A stretch of DNA of 64,000 nt, from sequence record MK250028.1; one strand, 5' to 3'. A model generated the notes under the pieces. The model did no database searches, had not been told where the DNA came from, and saw nothing but the letters and a program-made list of their open reading frames with translations. Shown in pieces: positions 63,902 through 64,000 of the stretch. The position numbers were made by a program, and so were the translations under genes. Every line of letters begins with the position of its first letter. Within the stretch, counting starts at the first letter, position 1.

Positions 63902-64000
63902 ATGGAAAAATTAAATTCATTCAAGGAACTGTTTACATGGAATAAAGATGAACAACAAGATTTGGAATTTGAAAATCTGAATCTTATAACTGCTGTTTAT
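63902..64000 (+). CDS. Partial ORF running off the window
   Basis: MEKLNSFKELFTW..; class II promoter at 63844-63872. Confidence 0.55.
   Translation, partial: MEKLNSFKELFTWNKDEQQDLEFENLNLITAVY

Overview
AT-rich 64 kb segment of a very large, T4-like phage with a Bacteroidota host; it most resembles the Prevotella-infecting Lak megaphages (inference from gene content, promoters and code). It uses genetic code 15 (TAG = Gln). Many ORFs in the supplied track are therefore fragments, and several genes are missing from it: a LAGLIDADG endonuclease, two TnpBs, a lysozyme, BACON-like structural proteins and a NadR-type kinase. Internal evidence for the code: TAG/CAA/CAG interchange between the two TnpB paralogs, TAG at the helicase Q-motif, and dUTPase motif 1 reached only by TAG read-through. 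Recognisable genes include an S1-like protein, a clamp-like protein, PNK/HAD, NAMPT, a sigma70, an IMPDH/GMPR-family enzyme, OmpA, NUDIX, dUTPase, a gp4-like nuclease, a PARG-like macrodomain, a radical SAM enzyme, a DinG-like helicase, three glycosyltransferases and an FTR-like Fe-S protein. There is one 485-nt assembly gap. The strongest leads are: (1) a tRNA cluster in which every member is atypical, including a circularly permuted tRNA-like module with YrlA/Y-RNA topology; (2) a shared Lys-rich ..LYESIMKS..KK.(L/I)NE leader on unrelated late-promoter proteins, among them the sigma70, alongside three promoter classes, suggesting virion-delivered cargo; (3) a radical SAM operon with four proteins sharing an invariant FETNSSSTH N-terminus; (4) a TnpB whose predicted guide position matches the start of the adjacent phage ompA gene. 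All functional calls come from motif recognition by eye; no searches were run.
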